Numbered from the stretch's first letter, positions 18,363 through 28,648 are shown. The stretch is 64,000 nucleotides of DNA from Minisyncoccota bacterium (GCA_018062765.1 JAGORR010000001.1:506485-570484), one strand, 5' to 3'. Program-made: numbers and translations. The notes: generated by a model from the letters alone, not told the origin.

Positions 18363-19510
18363 ACAACAGGCTGAGGCTCGTGAGAAAGACCGATACGTAT
18401 CGCTTCCTCAGCAATAAGATCTGCAGCGTCAGCAGGCATGAATGCAGCCCCTGCTCTGCTCATCGACGCTGAGAGCGCTTGGTCCGCCGCGATGCGCTTC
18501 GCCTCGCTTGCAAGAAGGTGCGGCGTAAGATTCTGCTCTTCAAGCACGACCGCAGCACCCGTGCGCGCGTACGTGTATGCATTCGTGCGCTGGTCATGAC
18601 TTACGCTCTCCGGTATCGGGATGAGTATCGCCGGCTTTTGGAGCATAGAGAGTTCTGCGATAGAACCCGCACCTGCACGAGACACGATAACTGACGCAGC
18701 TGCGCCTGCATTCCTAAGAGATTCTAACGAGAGGAAGTCGAACACGTGGTAGCGACTCGCGTTTGGGTTATCCGCGAGTATCACTTTGGCAGTGCGCTCA
18801 ATCTCCGCAAACTCCGCACGACCTGTCTGATGGATAATGTTCAAGCTGCCTACCATATCAATAAGTCCGGAGAGAACCGCTTCATTAATGCGCGCAGAAC
18901 CCGATGAGCCGCCGAGTATAAGTACGGTGGGCACGGAGGCATCAAGTCCCAATTGAGCGCGAGCCGCATCAGGCGTTCCTCCCTTAAGGCCGCGGCGTAT
19001 CGGAATACCGGTGAGTGCAATTTTTGCCTGCGCTGACTTTGGAAACAGCGCTGCCGCGCCGGGGAACGATATCGCGATGCGGTACGCGTACTTGGCGGCC
19101 ATAAGATTCGCGCGCCCGGGCTTGCTGTCCGACTCATGCACGATGACCGGAATACGCCAGAAGCGTGCCGCCAAGGTGACTGGCACGCTCGCGAATCCAC
19201 CCTTGGAAATCACCACGTCCGGATAAATCTGATAGACAGTGACGAGGGCCTTAAATAGGCCGTAGAGTGTCACAAAAAGGTCTGCGTAGTTCTTCATCGA
19301 GAAATACCTGCGCCACTTCCCTGCCGGTACCGGGATGAATATCATTTCGGCCGCGAATAAGGACTGCTCGTCGTACGGCACTGGCGCAAGATAATAGAGG
19401 CGCGGCGTGATGAGCCTGTGTTCCCTGGCCTTCTCGTGCACACTCTCCGCAATCGCTATGAGCGGGTAGAAGTGCCCGCCCGTTCCCCCGCCGCAGAATA
19501 CGATTTTCAT
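18359..19510 (-). CDS. murG: undecaprenyldiphospho-muramoylpentapeptide beta-N-acetylglucosaminyltransferase MurG
   Basis: MKIVFCGGGTGGHFYP N-terminus and GT28 C-terminal domain. Confidence 0.85.
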   Translation of the reverse strand: MKIVFCGGGTGGHFYPLIAIAESVHEKAREHRLITPRLYYLAPVPYDEQSLFAAEMIFIPVPAGKWRRYFSMKNYADLFVTLYGLFKALVTVYQIYPDVVISKGGFASVPVTLAARFWRIPVIVHESDSKPGRANLMAAKYAYRIAISFPGAAALFPKSAQAKIALTGIPIRRGLKGGTPDAARAQLGLDASVPTVLILGGSSGSARINEAVLSGLIDMVGSLNIIHQTGRAEFAEIERTAKVILADNPNASRYHVFDFLSLESLRNAGAAASVIVSRAGAGSIAELSMLQKPAILIPIPESVSHDQRTNAYTYARTGAAVVLEEQNLTPHLLASEAKRIAADQALSASMSRAGAAFMPADAADLIAEEAIRIGLSHEPQPVV

Positions 19511-19574
19511 GTGGGTTTTGGCCCAATTGTACACCATGCTATCGTTTCCGAGGACCTAAAACAGGGAGGGTCAG

Positions 19575-19868
19575 ATGACCGACAAATCGCCATTTGAACG
19601 CATCCACGAGGTACTACGCAAGCCGCTCGACGCCATCACGTCCGAGGATCGCGCCGCCGTGGCCCGCTTTCTGGAAACGGAGGACCCAAGGGTGCAGAGG
19701 CATCCTGCCGATGCGGCATGCCCGGGCATAATCGACCGCATCGCTGAACCCATGCGGCGATTCGCCGCCGGCAAGGACGTCGACATCGACGATATGGTCG
19801 TCGCCATCGCCTTCTTCGCCCACCGGGCGTACAAGGAAGTGGAGGAACCTCCTCCCACCAAGCACTGA
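19575..19868 (+). CDS. hypothetical small protein
   Basis: GGGAGGG SD before the ATG; 97 aa; no recognised domain. Confidence 0.5.
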   Translation: MTDKSPFERIHEVLRKPLDAITSEDRAAVARFLETEDPRVQRHPADAACPGIIDRIAEPMRRFAAGKDVDIDDMVVAIAFFAHRAYKEVEEPPPTKH

Positions 19869-19903
19869 GCTCTCGGCCCGCGCTACGCGTGGGCCGCTTC
19901 TAT

Positions 19904-20398
19904 TTATCGCGTCACACTTATTTCTTCTTCAAGCTCAGCGGATGGCGCCGCTACGATGTACCGGCCGAATTCATCGACCTCGACGGTATAGCCGGTGTCG
20001 TAGTCCCCGGCATCGGTCCAATGCGCACCAGTCGCCGATGGGTCGAACGGGAGGCGCGCCGGGATATACGTTGGCGTAAGGCAGGACAGGTCTATCGTTG
20101 CGGATCCGTCTGATGCGATACGAAACATTGTACTCGTCGCTATCGACGGACATTCGTACGTTTCTCCTGCCGCAGTAAACTCTCCAGCGAACGTTCCCTT
20201 ATTCTCGGCGACACGTGCGCCTATCGCGTTCAATAGGGCAGTCACATTCGCGGTTCGCTCGGTGTTACGCGCCTGCGCGAATTGCCGTGACGGATTGAGT
20301 GCCACGAGAACCACGCCGGCCAGCACGGCAATAAGCCCGATGACGACAAGAATTTCTATTAACGTGAACCCTGCACGAGAATCTCTTGGATTCCTCAT
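19904..20398 (-). CDS. type IV pilin (prepilin N-terminal cleavage/methylation domain)
   Basis: RAG|FTLIEILVVIGLIAVLAGVV with Glu at +5; 164 aa from MRNPRDS. Confidence 0.75.
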   Translation of the reverse strand: MRNPRDSRAGFTLIEILVVIGLIAVLAGVVLVALNPSRQFAQARNTERTANVTALLNAIGARVAENKGTFAGEFTAAGETYECPSIATSTMFRIASDGSATIDLSCLTPTYIPARLPFDPSATGAHWTDAGDYDTGYTVEVDEFGRYIVAAPSAELEEEISVTR

Positions 20399-20455
20399 GG
20401 CGAGCCAGTTACTGGTATGAGCGCATGCTAGCACCAGATTACTGGAGCAAATCCG

Positions 20456-20857
20456 TCATTGGGCTGCGTTGGGGATTTCTTGCATGGTTACTACCTGTCT
20501 CGACTGACTATCTATAATTACTTCTAGCTCCGTCTGACGGTTCACGTGTGATATGTCGGACGAAACTCTGACTCTGATTCTTTTGGACTCGTCGGCGCTT
20601 TCTACTCGACCTATTCGACAATGTATATTCTCGTTTAGCGTGTAAGTATCGTCCCCAACGTACTTCGGTTCATACAGAAGCTTGAGCTGAACACTCTCTG
20701 CGCACGCACGCGCTGCCGCGCGCGACGCTTCCCTTCCCTCAAACGCAAGCATGCTCGCTCGTGCGTAGAATCCCGCGTAACTTGCGGTCGCAACCGCAGC
20801 AAGCAGAAACCCAGCTATGGTTACAACCGACACAAGCGCGGTAAATCCTCGGGTCAT
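20456..20857 (-). CDS. minor pseudopilin-like protein
   Basis: RG|FTALVSVVTIAGFLLAAV hydrophobic N-terminus lacking E5. Confidence 0.55.
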   Translation of the reverse strand: MTRGFTALVSVVTIAGFLLAAVATASYAGFYARASMLAFEGREASRAAARACAESVQLKLLYEPKYVGDDTYTLNENIHCRIGRVESADESKRIRVRVSSDISHVNRQTELEVIIDSQSRQVVTMQEIPNAAQ

Positions 20858-21276
20858 GGCAAATAGAATGACGTACTGAACTCTCTTCCACCAAGCATGA
20901 AGTACGCATGGAGCACCTCATCCTCATATGCAAACGCAGCCTCCGTTACGGAAAGCGTAGTAAGAGGGACACGCAGTCCTCCTCCCCTTCTTGTGTATAT
21001 GATCTCATCGTCGTGCTCGAACTCCACCGAATCAGAAAAATTCTCGATAGCCTCCAATCGTATTTCACTCACCGTTACCTCCTCGAAACCAGCCGACTGA
21101 TGTACGGCGGCGCGCAACTTAGCTAGCACGAACGCTCCCTCTTCCGCGGTGCGCAGCTCCGACTGATCCGTATCGGTACTTCTGCCAACTCCAAATGCAA
21201 GAGATGCACACCCGAGCATTAGGAGCGACAGTAGAGCGAGGTAGATGACTGCTTCGATGAGAGTGAATCCACGCAT
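20854..21276 (-). CDS. prepilin-type N-terminal cleavage/methylation domain protein
   Basis: MRG|FTLIEAVIYLALLSLL. Confidence 0.7.
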   Translation of the reverse strand: MRGFTLIEAVIYLALLSLLMLGCASLAFGVGRSTDTDQSELRTAEEGAFVLAKLRAAVHQSAGFEEVTVSEIRLEAIENFSDSVEFEHDDEIIYTRRGGGLRVPLTTLSVTEAAFAYEDEVLHAYFMLGGREFSTSFYLP

Positions 21277-21277
21277 A

Positions 21278-22660
21278 TCAATTCGACGGGAGCAAGCGCA
21301 GTATCGGATCTCGCGTCGATACCGCGTATACCCCGCCCGGAGCCACGTCTATCCCCCGAGGAGCAAGCCCCGGAATCGAGCGCGAGTCGATGCGCTCCAT
21401 ACTGCTTGGATTGCTTACATCATAGATTTCGAGCCGTCTTGTTGAGACACCTGAGGGCGTTGCCGCAAGATACGCTCGGTCGCCAACTACCCGTACGCCG
21501 GTAATGGACACCGAAGGTATCTCAGCAGAGCCAAGCTGCGTGAACGACTCGTCGTCTATGCGATAGGTGTACAACTCCGGACCGGCGGTATTCGACGCTC
21601 GCCCGAGATAGAGCATGTCAGCAATGACGGCGATACTTTCACCATCCTGGCTTCCGGGTAAATCGGTGCGGAGCATAGTGAGCTCCGCTAGGGTGCCCGT
21701 ATCCGATATCTGATAGACCGCAATCTCGCCCGTGTCGCGTGCCGTCGCAGCATACAGTCTGTCATCCTGTATCGAAAAATCATTCAACGTTATGTTTATC
21801 GAGTATCCTGCACCTATCTCTGTAGGATGTTCTGGATCTGCAACACTAAATACATGCAGTTCGGGCCCGGCAGTCTCGAGTGTTGAAATAAATACACGAC
21901 CATCGTAGTAGAAGATACGGTGGCCACCAGGCGCGGAACCGCTTGGTACCACACCCGCCAATGTCGATGTCGCGACAAGGAGCGGTTCTGACGCATCTGA
22001 AGCATCAATAACTGCCAGCTGCCCCGTAGAGGTCTCAAGCGCAGCAAAAATGATTGTCCGCATCCCCTCTTCCCCACCGGGGTAGTGAACGACATCGAGT
22101 GCCGCTGGACGTGCATGCAGAGAGAAACCGTTCGTAAATGCTACATACTCGACGTCCTCATGAATACGAAGATACGGCGGCTTATCCGTGCCGATATAAA
22201 TGTGCGAATCGAGTGTGTCTATAGCGCTTCCCTCTTCCCCGGCAACACTCCCGTAGTCATGCGGTATGCCAAGATCCGAATACGACCTGTACAAACAATC
22301 GCCGCCCAGTCGCATACTTTCCTCTACATCCGCCTTGTACACGCGGCGCTCAAACATATAACGTTCGCGGGACACGGACGCTTCGAAACTCGACATGCAT
22401 GCCGTGAGAGCAGACTGAGTCATGGTGGTCACGTACGTCGTGCCGTTCAGTTCGACACGCTCTGCAATATCTGCCTCTGAAGACATCGCTTTAGCGAGCG
22501 CATAATCCGCTATCGCGAGCATGTCCGCATGGCGGAGCGTCGCTTCCGCCGCGTCGTTGACCCCTGCTTCGATGAGAAGGATTGCACCCGCTGAGAGCGC
22601 GAACACGGAGAACGCGATGAGTATCTCCACCGTGATGCTGCCTCGCGACTGGCGCGCCAT
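21278..22660 (-). CDS. large pseudopilin-like protein with beta-propeller (LVIVD-like repeats)
   Basis: N-terminus RGS|ITVEILIAFSVFAL (Glu at +5) then about 400 aa of repeated ...YxxDxxLYxA/...IYDVSNP... blades; start trimmed to MARQSRG. Confidence 0.55.
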   Translation of the reverse strand: MARQSRGSITVEILIAFSVFALSAGAILLIEAGVNDAAEATLRHADMLAIADYALAKAMSSEADIAERVELNGTTYVTTMTQSALTACMSSFEASVSRERYMFERRVYKADVEESMRLGGDCLYRSYSDLGIPHDYGSVAGEEGSAIDTLDSHIYIGTDKPPYLRIHEDVEYVAFTNGFSLHARPAALDVVHYPGGEEGMRTIIFAALETSTGQLAVIDASDASEPLLVATSTLAGVVPSGSAPGGHRIFYYDGRVFISTLETAGPELHVFSVADPEHPTEIGAGYSINITLNDFSIQDDRLYAATARDTGEIAVYQISDTGTLAELTMLRTDLPGSQDGESIAVIADMLYLGRASNTAGPELYTYRIDDESFTQLGSAEIPSVSITGVRVVGDRAYLAATPSGVSTRRLEIYDVSNPSSMERIDSRSIPGLAPRGIDVAPGGVYAVSTRDPILRLLPSN

Positions 22661-22704
22661 TTGCCAGAGTATATCGTGTGGCGCATAGTCATCTCGGATA
22701 AGAA

Positions 22705-23262
22705 ATGGAGGTCGACATGGTCGCGAACATCGCACAGATTGAGCTTTTCCACGTGGGAGGGCAGAAGACGTTCGGAGAGCTCTCGAGGGAGATTCTCGCG
22801 CGCGTACACGAGGACCTTTCGGCCGGCGACTTCGACCGGCCGACATCCATCAAGACCTGCTTCCGGATTTATGACTGGAGCGGCGACATGACCCGCTACG
22901 CTCTGGACCTTGAGTCGATGCCGAGCCTTGTCGACGACTATGAGGCATACACATCGGCCCCGACGCGCCTTGGCCGATGGCTCGCCAGTCGTCGGGAACG
23001 ACGAAATTCGCGCCGGCGCGCGAATCTGAAACAGATGATGACCGCAGACGCGGGCAGGCTGGTGCGAGAAGCCATAGATGCCAGCGATTCTGTTGCCATA
23101 GAAGTCGCTGAGCATCGCTATCGGATGATGCGTCGCGACGAGGCGACCGAAATGCGCTCGCGTGCGACCCATTACTCGCACGCATGGCTCTTTGTCTTCG
23201 AGCCGAATGAGCTCCTTGCAGACCGCAACGAAATCGTCGGTTCGATAGCTCTCGTACTTTAG
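22705..23262 (+). CDS. hypothetical protein
   Basis: 185 aa (alternative start 22717 with GGAGG SD); terminator follows. Confidence 0.5.
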   Translation: MEVDMVANIAQIELFHVGGQKTFGELSREILARVHEDLSAGDFDRPTSIKTCFRIYDWSGDMTRYALDLESMPSLVDDYEAYTSAPTRLGRWLASRRERRNSRRRANLKQMMTADAGRLVREAIDASDSVAIEVAEHRYRMMRRDEATEMRSRATHYSHAWLFVFEPNELLADRNEIVGSIALVL

Positions 23263-23264
23263 CG

Positions 23265-23298
23265 AAGCGGCCCCATCAGGGGCCGCTTTCACTTTCTT
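23265..23298 (+). terminator. rho-independent terminator
   Basis: gcggcccc-atca-ggggccgc then tttcactttctt. Confidence 0.75.
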
Positions 23299-23857
23299 AA
23301 TACTCGATACGTATCGGGAACGACAGGGATCGGTCACGCTCCGGCTCACCGGATGCGTTGCTGTTTTTGATGATAAGGGTTGCGTCGCCAATGAACCCTG
23401 CAGGTATCGTAACGGCCGCAGTGAACGGCACGAATTCCTCCGTCATCCACTCCCCTTCTGCTTCTGCGTATCCGTTCGCTATCACGTTCCCGTCAGCGTC
23501 CTCGACCTCTATCGGAAACGATGCCTCGAAGTACCAAGTGCCGCGTGCCTCACCCTTCACAATGAGCGGCTTCCCGGTAACCGCACCCGGAGTCGGTGTC
23601 GAGACCGTGATGAGGTCCGGCGACGCATTTACGTAGGTCGGCTCGATAACAATTTCCTCTGCAAACGTGCGCCCATCAGGCGTCCGACACTGGCGCGGAT
23701 AACTTTCCATTACGGGATACCCTGCTTCTGCACAGTCGGCAAAGGAGAGGATATCTGCGTCTGGAGTCGCCGGAGGTATCTCCCCCTGCATAAGCCATAT
23801 CCCCGATCCGACAAGAATAAGGATGAGCCCGATCACCCAGAGGTATGAAGTATTCAT
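23297..23857 (-). CDS. membrane-anchored Gmad2-like immunoglobulin-domain protein
   Basis: TM anchor then C-terminal ...WYFEASFPIEVEDADGNVIANGYAEAEGEWMTEEFVPF resembling the Gmad2 Ig-like domain. Confidence 0.5.
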   Translation of the reverse strand: MNTSYLWVIGLILILVGSGIWLMQGEIPPATPDADILSFADCAEAGYPVMESYPRQCRTPDGRTFAEEIVIEPTYVNASPDLITVSTPTPGAVTGKPLIVKGEARGTWYFEASFPIEVEDADGNVIANGYAEAEGEWMTEEFVPFTAAVTIPAGFIGDATLIIKNSNASGEPERDRSLSFPIRIEY

Positions 23858-23895
23858 ACTGATAATCGTACGCCCGGGATTCGCATATGGGAAGG

Positions 23896-25182
23896 CTAGC
23901 GCCGTTTCCACTCCTTGTCCTGACGAACGAGGTGCTTCACGTCCTCCGGATTCTCAAGAAGACCCTCAATAAGGCGTTCGAGGCGGATATTGTTCTGCGA
24001 GCCCTTGGCGAGCACGACATCGCCCTTCTCGAGCATCGGCAGTATCGCTTCCGCGGCATCCTTTGCGGTTGCGCATGAGGTAAGACGATCTTCGGTCATA
24101 CCGCCTTCCTTCGCGCCATCAAGCAAGGTACGGGCTCGTATGCCAACTGCAAACAAATGATCGACTACTTTTGCCGCGAGCCTCCCGACGCGCTCATGCT
24201 CGGCAAGCGAGTAGCGACCAAGTTCGAGCATGTCGCCTAAGACCGCAATACGTCTCTTGGCTGGCATGTGGGAAAGTGTCGAGAGCGCTTCTTCTGCCGC
24301 GACCGGCGAAGAGTTATAGGAATCATCTATCAAAGTCGATCCATTTTTCCCGAGGAAGAGACGCGCACGGCCTGGTGGCGGCGTGTAAGAGGCGAGCCCT
24401 TTTAGGGCTTCAGCAGGTGCGATATCGAGCGCGCGTGCGGTTAAGAGCGCTGCGGCGGCGGCAAGCAGTGCCGGCTTCCCCACTACGCCAAGAACTCGAA
24501 GCTCGTGGCTTACACCGTCCATACGTATCGCCGCGCGCATCCCCGTCGGCACGCCTTTCTCGATAAGAATTTCCGCATCCTCGATGCGCGCGTCCGCGCG
24601 TTCTGCGAAACCGAACGTCATCACTCGTGCCTGTAGTCGCTTTGCATACGCAATCGCATACGGATCCTCGGCGTTAATGATGAGCGGACTCCCGGGCGCG
24701 AGTCCATAAGCCGGAACGAATTCCTCTTCTCGCACCGCCTCAGGGCTCGGATACGCTTCGACATGGACGGGAATCTCCGGAAGCTTAGTGACCACAACCG
24801 CGTCCGGCGTCGCTATCTTCAGTATCTTCGCGAGGTCGCCTGGACGGTCCGCGCCAACCTCAAGCACGAGCACCTTCGGGTAGTGATTGGGTAAAAGGAG
24901 TAGCGTGATGCCCTCAAGGATGACCTTTCCCCAGGACAGCGTATTAGACCAAGGATTCTCTGCACCGATGACCGTAAGCGGTACACCAAACTCGGTGTTA
25001 TAGCTCTTTTCGCTCGCGCGCGCGTACGTCTTGGTGGAGAACGCGGAGCGAAGCGCATCCTTGGTCGACGTCTTTCCAACGCTTCCGGTGACCATAATGA
25101 TGGTCGGGCGATATTTGTGAATGATGAGACGCGCGAGCTGCGCAATGGAGAAGGTGACGATACGCTTGAGAAAATTTTTCAT
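23896..25182 (-). CDS. murF: UDP-N-acetylmuramoyl-tripeptide--D-alanyl-D-alanine ligase MurF
   Basis: Mur ligase motifs GSVGKTSTK, DDSYNSSP; 428 aa. Confidence 0.85.
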   Translation of the reverse strand: MKNFLKRIVTFSIAQLARLIIHKYRPTIIMVTGSVGKTSTKDALRSAFSTKTYARASEKSYNTEFGVPLTVIGAENPWSNTLSWGKVILEGITLLLLPNHYPKVLVLEVGADRPGDLAKILKIATPDAVVVTKLPEIPVHVEAYPSPEAVREEEFVPAYGLAPGSPLIINAEDPYAIAYAKRLQARVMTFGFAERADARIEDAEILIEKGVPTGMRAAIRMDGVSHELRVLGVVGKPALLAAAAALLTARALDIAPAEALKGLASYTPPPGRARLFLGKNGSTLIDDSYNSSPVAAEEALSTLSHMPAKRRIAVLGDMLELGRYSLAEHERVGRLAAKVVDHLFAVGIRARTLLDGAKEGGMTEDRLTSCATAKDAAEAILPMLEKGDVVLAKGSQNNIRLERLIEGLLENPEDVKHLVRQDKEWKRR

Positions 25183-25208
25183 ACACTACATGCCGAGCAC
25201 TTGTACCA

Positions 25209-26948
25209 TCATACCGGTTCATCACTCACTGCAACCGGGTCGCGATCGGGCGGAACTGCATAATAATTTGCAAGGAACTTCGTGAGTTCGATAAATGATG
25301 AGGTCAACGTTTCTGACGCGTACTGCACACCCTTAGGTTCTCGAGTATAAAGAAGAATGATAAAGCGCGGTTCGTATGCCGGGAAATATCCAAAGAACGA
25401 GTGGAAATATTTGTCGGCGTAATACCCGCCCTCGGGGTTCGCTATCTGCGCGGTGCCGGTCTTCGCGGCGACACTCATCTCAGGAATAGAGGCGTCACCG
25501 TTAAGGAGTGCGGTATCGACCACGTGAGCCAGCATCGCTGAGACGGTGGCGGTCGAAGCACTCTTCATAACAGGCTGCGGCGACCCCCAGGATAGCTCCT
25601 TTTCTATCCCGCTCTCGAGCTTTACCGCGGTCACCAAATGCGGCGTAACAATCATGCCATCGTTCGCGAGTACTCCTAAGGCGCGAATCATCTCCATAGG
25701 CGTCTGCGCGATACCCTGGCCGAATGAGGCGGTTGCAAAGTTGATGTCTCTATCGACCGAGAGATTCGCAAGCGTACCGCGAATCTCGACGGGCAGGTCT
25801 ATGCCGGTCTCGGTATCCATTCCGAGCCTCGTAAAGTAATCCTTCATGCGTCCGTGGCCGAGCTCTCCTGCAATGAACGCGGCACCCATGTTCAAAGACT
25901 GTGACAGAACCTCCTGCATGGGGACCGAGCCACGCGCCTTAAGGTCAAAGTTACAAAAGGTCTTCGTGTTGAGAGTCATGCATCCCTGGTCGTTGTAGTA
26001 CGTGCCGGGAGTAATGACACCCGAGTCGATACCAGATGCCATCGTGAGTGCCTTTACGATAGAGCCGAACTCGTAGCGTTTCTCCACCAATGGATTTCCG
26101 AATACTGACGCGTCAGCATCCTTAAAGTCGTTAGGGTCAAACGAGGGGACGACGTCGAGCGCTATGATTTCCCCGGTCTTGGGGTCCATGATGATGCCTC
26201 CGGTTTCTGCGGAGGAGTACCGCGTATTGATGTCGATAAGCATCTCATCGAGCTTCTGGAGAACCACTGGCTCGATAGAGGTCACGAGATCCCCAGCTCG
26301 AGCGTCGCGTGCGTCTGCGACAACATCACCAACATTCGCGAACAGTTCTGCGAAGAAGTTCCCGAAGAGACCTGATCCTTGTCTTGAAAGTGAATCTTCG
26401 TAGTAACGCTCGAGTCCGTACCTGCCAACGACAGCATCGCTCTCATCGTGTCCGATGAAGCCGATGGTTTGCGCTGCAGCGTTCGCAGCCGGATACGTTC
26501 GCCATCGACTTCGTATAACCAAGACTCCATCCATTTCCGCTTCTGCAATCGCCGCTCCCGCCTCCTCTGGCACCTCCTCGACGATGACCTCATACGGGTC
26601 ATCCAACTTCGCTGCTTTCCGCATGAAATCCTCGCGATCGACTTCTACGTGACCGGCGACTAGCGCATACGCCGCCTCAGGGTCCTCAAGGACCTTGGGA
26701 TTTAGTGCCACGATGAAGCCGGTTGTAAGCGTCGCGGCTGAGATAAGGGTCCCATCTTTGCGGGTGAAGTAAATTGTGCCGCGATCGTAGAGCTGACTAT
26801 TGGCATTCGCAAACTGGCGCTCAGCGCGTAGCGCATACTCTTCGCCCTTGAGAATCTGAACAAAGTAGAGCCGTACGATAAGGAGCAACGCGAACGCGGC
26901 GAGTATGAAAAAGACGAGACGTAGACGGGACCGGAGGGCGTGCCGCAT
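25209..26948 (-). CDS. ftsI: peptidoglycan D,D-transpeptidase FtsI (class B PBP)
   Basis: N-terminal TM, PBP dimerisation domain and transpeptidase domain (SIVK, SSN, KTGT motifs). Confidence 0.85.
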   Translation of the reverse strand: MRHALRSRLRLVFFILAAFALLLIVRLYFVQILKGEEYALRAERQFANANSQLYDRGTIYFTRKDGTLISAATLTTGFIVALNPKVLEDPEAAYALVAGHVEVDREDFMRKAAKLDDPYEVIVEEVPEEAGAAIAEAEMDGVLVIRSRWRTYPAANAAAQTIGFIGHDESDAVVGRYGLERYYEDSLSRQGSGLFGNFFAELFANVGDVVADARDARAGDLVTSIEPVVLQKLDEMLIDINTRYSSAETGGIIMDPKTGEIIALDVVPSFDPNDFKDADASVFGNPLVEKRYEFGSIVKALTMASGIDSGVITPGTYYNDQGCMTLNTKTFCNFDLKARGSVPMQEVLSQSLNMGAAFIAGELGHGRMKDYFTRLGMDTETGIDLPVEIRGTLANLSVDRDINFATASFGQGIAQTPMEMIRALGVLANDGMIVTPHLVTAVKLESGIEKELSWGSPQPVMKSASTATVSAMLAHVVDTALLNGDASIPEMSVAAKTGTAQIANPEGGYYADKYFHSFFGYFPAYEPRFIILLYTREPKGVQYASETLTSSFIELTKFLANYYAVPPDRDPVAVSDEPV

Positions 26949-26961
26949 ACGATACTTGTAG

Positions 26962-27246
26962 CTACGGCGCCAGAAGCGTCACAGACGGCGCCGGCAACTC
27001 CTTGGCGTACCGCTTTGCCGCAGGATGCGTGAGTCCGTGAGCGGATGGATCGGACTTTGCGACCGCATCCACGGCAGAGAAGTACTTCACCTCAAGCGCA
27101 GCTATAGACGCCTCCGTATCGTGTATCGCTTCGCGCAGGTCGGATTCGAGTGCGGCGAAGTAGACGGTTGAAATAATGAGCGCAATGTACACCGCAACGA
27201 GCGCGAAAAATGATCCCCGCAGCATTGGTACCAATCGACTAGGCAT
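26962..27246 (-). CDS. ftsL: FtsL-like cell division protein
   Basis: small single-TM protein with coiled coil between rsmH and ftsI; start taken at MPSRLVPM. Confidence 0.5.
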   Translation of the reverse strand: MPSRLVPMLRGSFFALVAVYIALIISTVYFAALESDLREAIHDTEASIAALEVKYFSAVDAVAKSDPSAHGLTHPAAKRYAKELPAPSVTLLAP

Positions 27247-28207
27247 GGTTGGTGTCGAGCTTCGCGAACACGCGCAACTTCGCACTTCGCGCGCGCGGGT
27301 TTGCGGCTATTTCCTCGTCTGAGGGCGTCAGCACTTTCTTCGTAAGCACGATGCCTGCTCCCGCCTGCTCAAGGTCACGGAACAAATTCTTAACGACACG
27401 GTCCTCAATACTATGAAAAGTAATAACCGAGATCCGACCACCCGGGGCAAGGAGCGCAGCGGCCGCACGCAATCCCTCATCTATAGCGCCGAGTTCATCG
27501 TTGACCGCTATCCGGAGCGCCTGGAAGGTGCGCGTCGCCGGATGTAGGCGGCCCTTCTTATAAGCAGCCGGCACACTCTCCTCTATTACGCGCACTAAGT
27601 CGCCGGTCGTGAGTATGCGCTCCCTCGCGCGCGCAAGAACGATGCCTTTGGCGATGCGCCGCGCGTAGCGCTCTTCTCCGTACAGGAAGATGAGTTCAGA
27701 AAGCTCCTCCTCGCTCGCGCTTCCCACCAATTCTGCGGCGCTCTTCCCTGCCTCCGGTTCCCCGTACGTCATTAAAAGAGGTTCATCCGCACGGAAGGAG
27801 AAGCCTTTACCGCTTTCTAACTGATACCCGCTCCAGCCAAGATCGAAGACCGCGCGGTCTATAGAAGTGACCTCGAGGCGCGCAGCAACGCGCGCGAGAT
27901 TACGGAAATTATCGGCGACCAGATGTACGCGCGGCCGATCAGGGCGCTTATCAGCAGCAACGGTCTCTCGTGCCCTCTCAAGCGCATCCGCGTCGAGGTC
28001 GATACCAATAAGGACGCCATCGCTCCCAAGCATGGCGAGCAGTCGTTCGAAGTGCCCTGCGCCGCCCACGGTTCCATCGACGACCGTGTCGCCGGTGCGC
28101 ACCTCTAGCATGTCGACGGCCTCCGATAGGAGGACCGTCGTGTGTTTCGCGCCTGGCGCCCCTGTAGACGCGCTCGCATATGCCGGATTCATCACAGTCG
28201 TTTCCAT
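27239..28207 (-). CDS. rsmH: 16S rRNA (cytosine1402-N4)-methyltransferase RsmH
   Basis: SAM-binding motifs DGTVGGAGH; conserved position after mraZ. Confidence 0.9.
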   Translation of the reverse strand: METTVMNPAYASASTGAPGAKHTTVLLSEAVDMLEVRTGDTVVDGTVGGAGHFERLLAMLGSDGVLIGIDLDADALERARETVAADKRPDRPRVHLVADNFRNLARVAARLEVTSIDRAVFDLGWSGYQLESGKGFSFRADEPLLMTYGEPEAGKSAAELVGSASEEELSELIFLYGEERYARRIAKGIVLARARERILTTGDLVRVIEESVPAAYKKGRLHPATRTFQALRIAVNDELGAIDEGLRAAAALLAPGGRISVITFHSIEDRVVKNLFRDLEQAGAGIVLTKKVLTPSDEEIAANPRARSAKLRVFAKLDTNHA

Positions 28208-28213
28208 ATCTCT

Positions 28214-28648
28214 CTAGAGCGCACCTCGCTCGCCCAAGGTCTCGGCGAACCGGTCCGCCTCCTTCTCGATGGTCGCGGTGTACTTCTCCCATGCGCTTTC
28301 GTCCCATACCTCGATGCGTGCCGACACGCCGGCCACCACAGCGCGCGTGTCGAGCGATGCGAACTTCTTAAGGTAATCGGGAACAAGGATGCGTCCGGTC
28401 GAATCTACTTCCGCTTCAGATGCTCCTGCGAGCATGAGGCGCGAAAGACCGCGTCCCGCCGCGCCTCCGGTCGCGTGCGCTGCAATCTTCCTGGCCTCTG
28501 CTTCCCATGTCTTCTTGGGGTAAACGAACAGACATGAGTCGAGTCCACGCGTCACTACAACTGCCCGTCCGAGTTCCTTGCGGAACTTAGCAGGAAGCGA
28601 GATGCGATTCTTCGCATCGAACGTGTGACGGTACTCTCCGATGAACAT
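28214..28648 (-). CDS. mraZ: transcriptional regulator MraZ
   Basis: two SpoVT/AbrB-like repeats (FDAKNRISLPAKFR...; TGRILVPDYL...). Confidence 0.9.
   Translation of the reverse strand: MFIGEYRHTFDAKNRISLPAKFRKELGRAVVVTRGLDSCLFVYPKKTWEAEARKIAAHATGGAAGRGLSRLMLAGASEAEVDSTGRILVPDYLKKFASLDTRAVVAGVSARIEVWDESAWEKYTATIEKEADRFAETLGERGAL

Noticed and set aside
17757-18374. 205-aa plus-strand ORF
   Set aside because: It is antisense to gltX.
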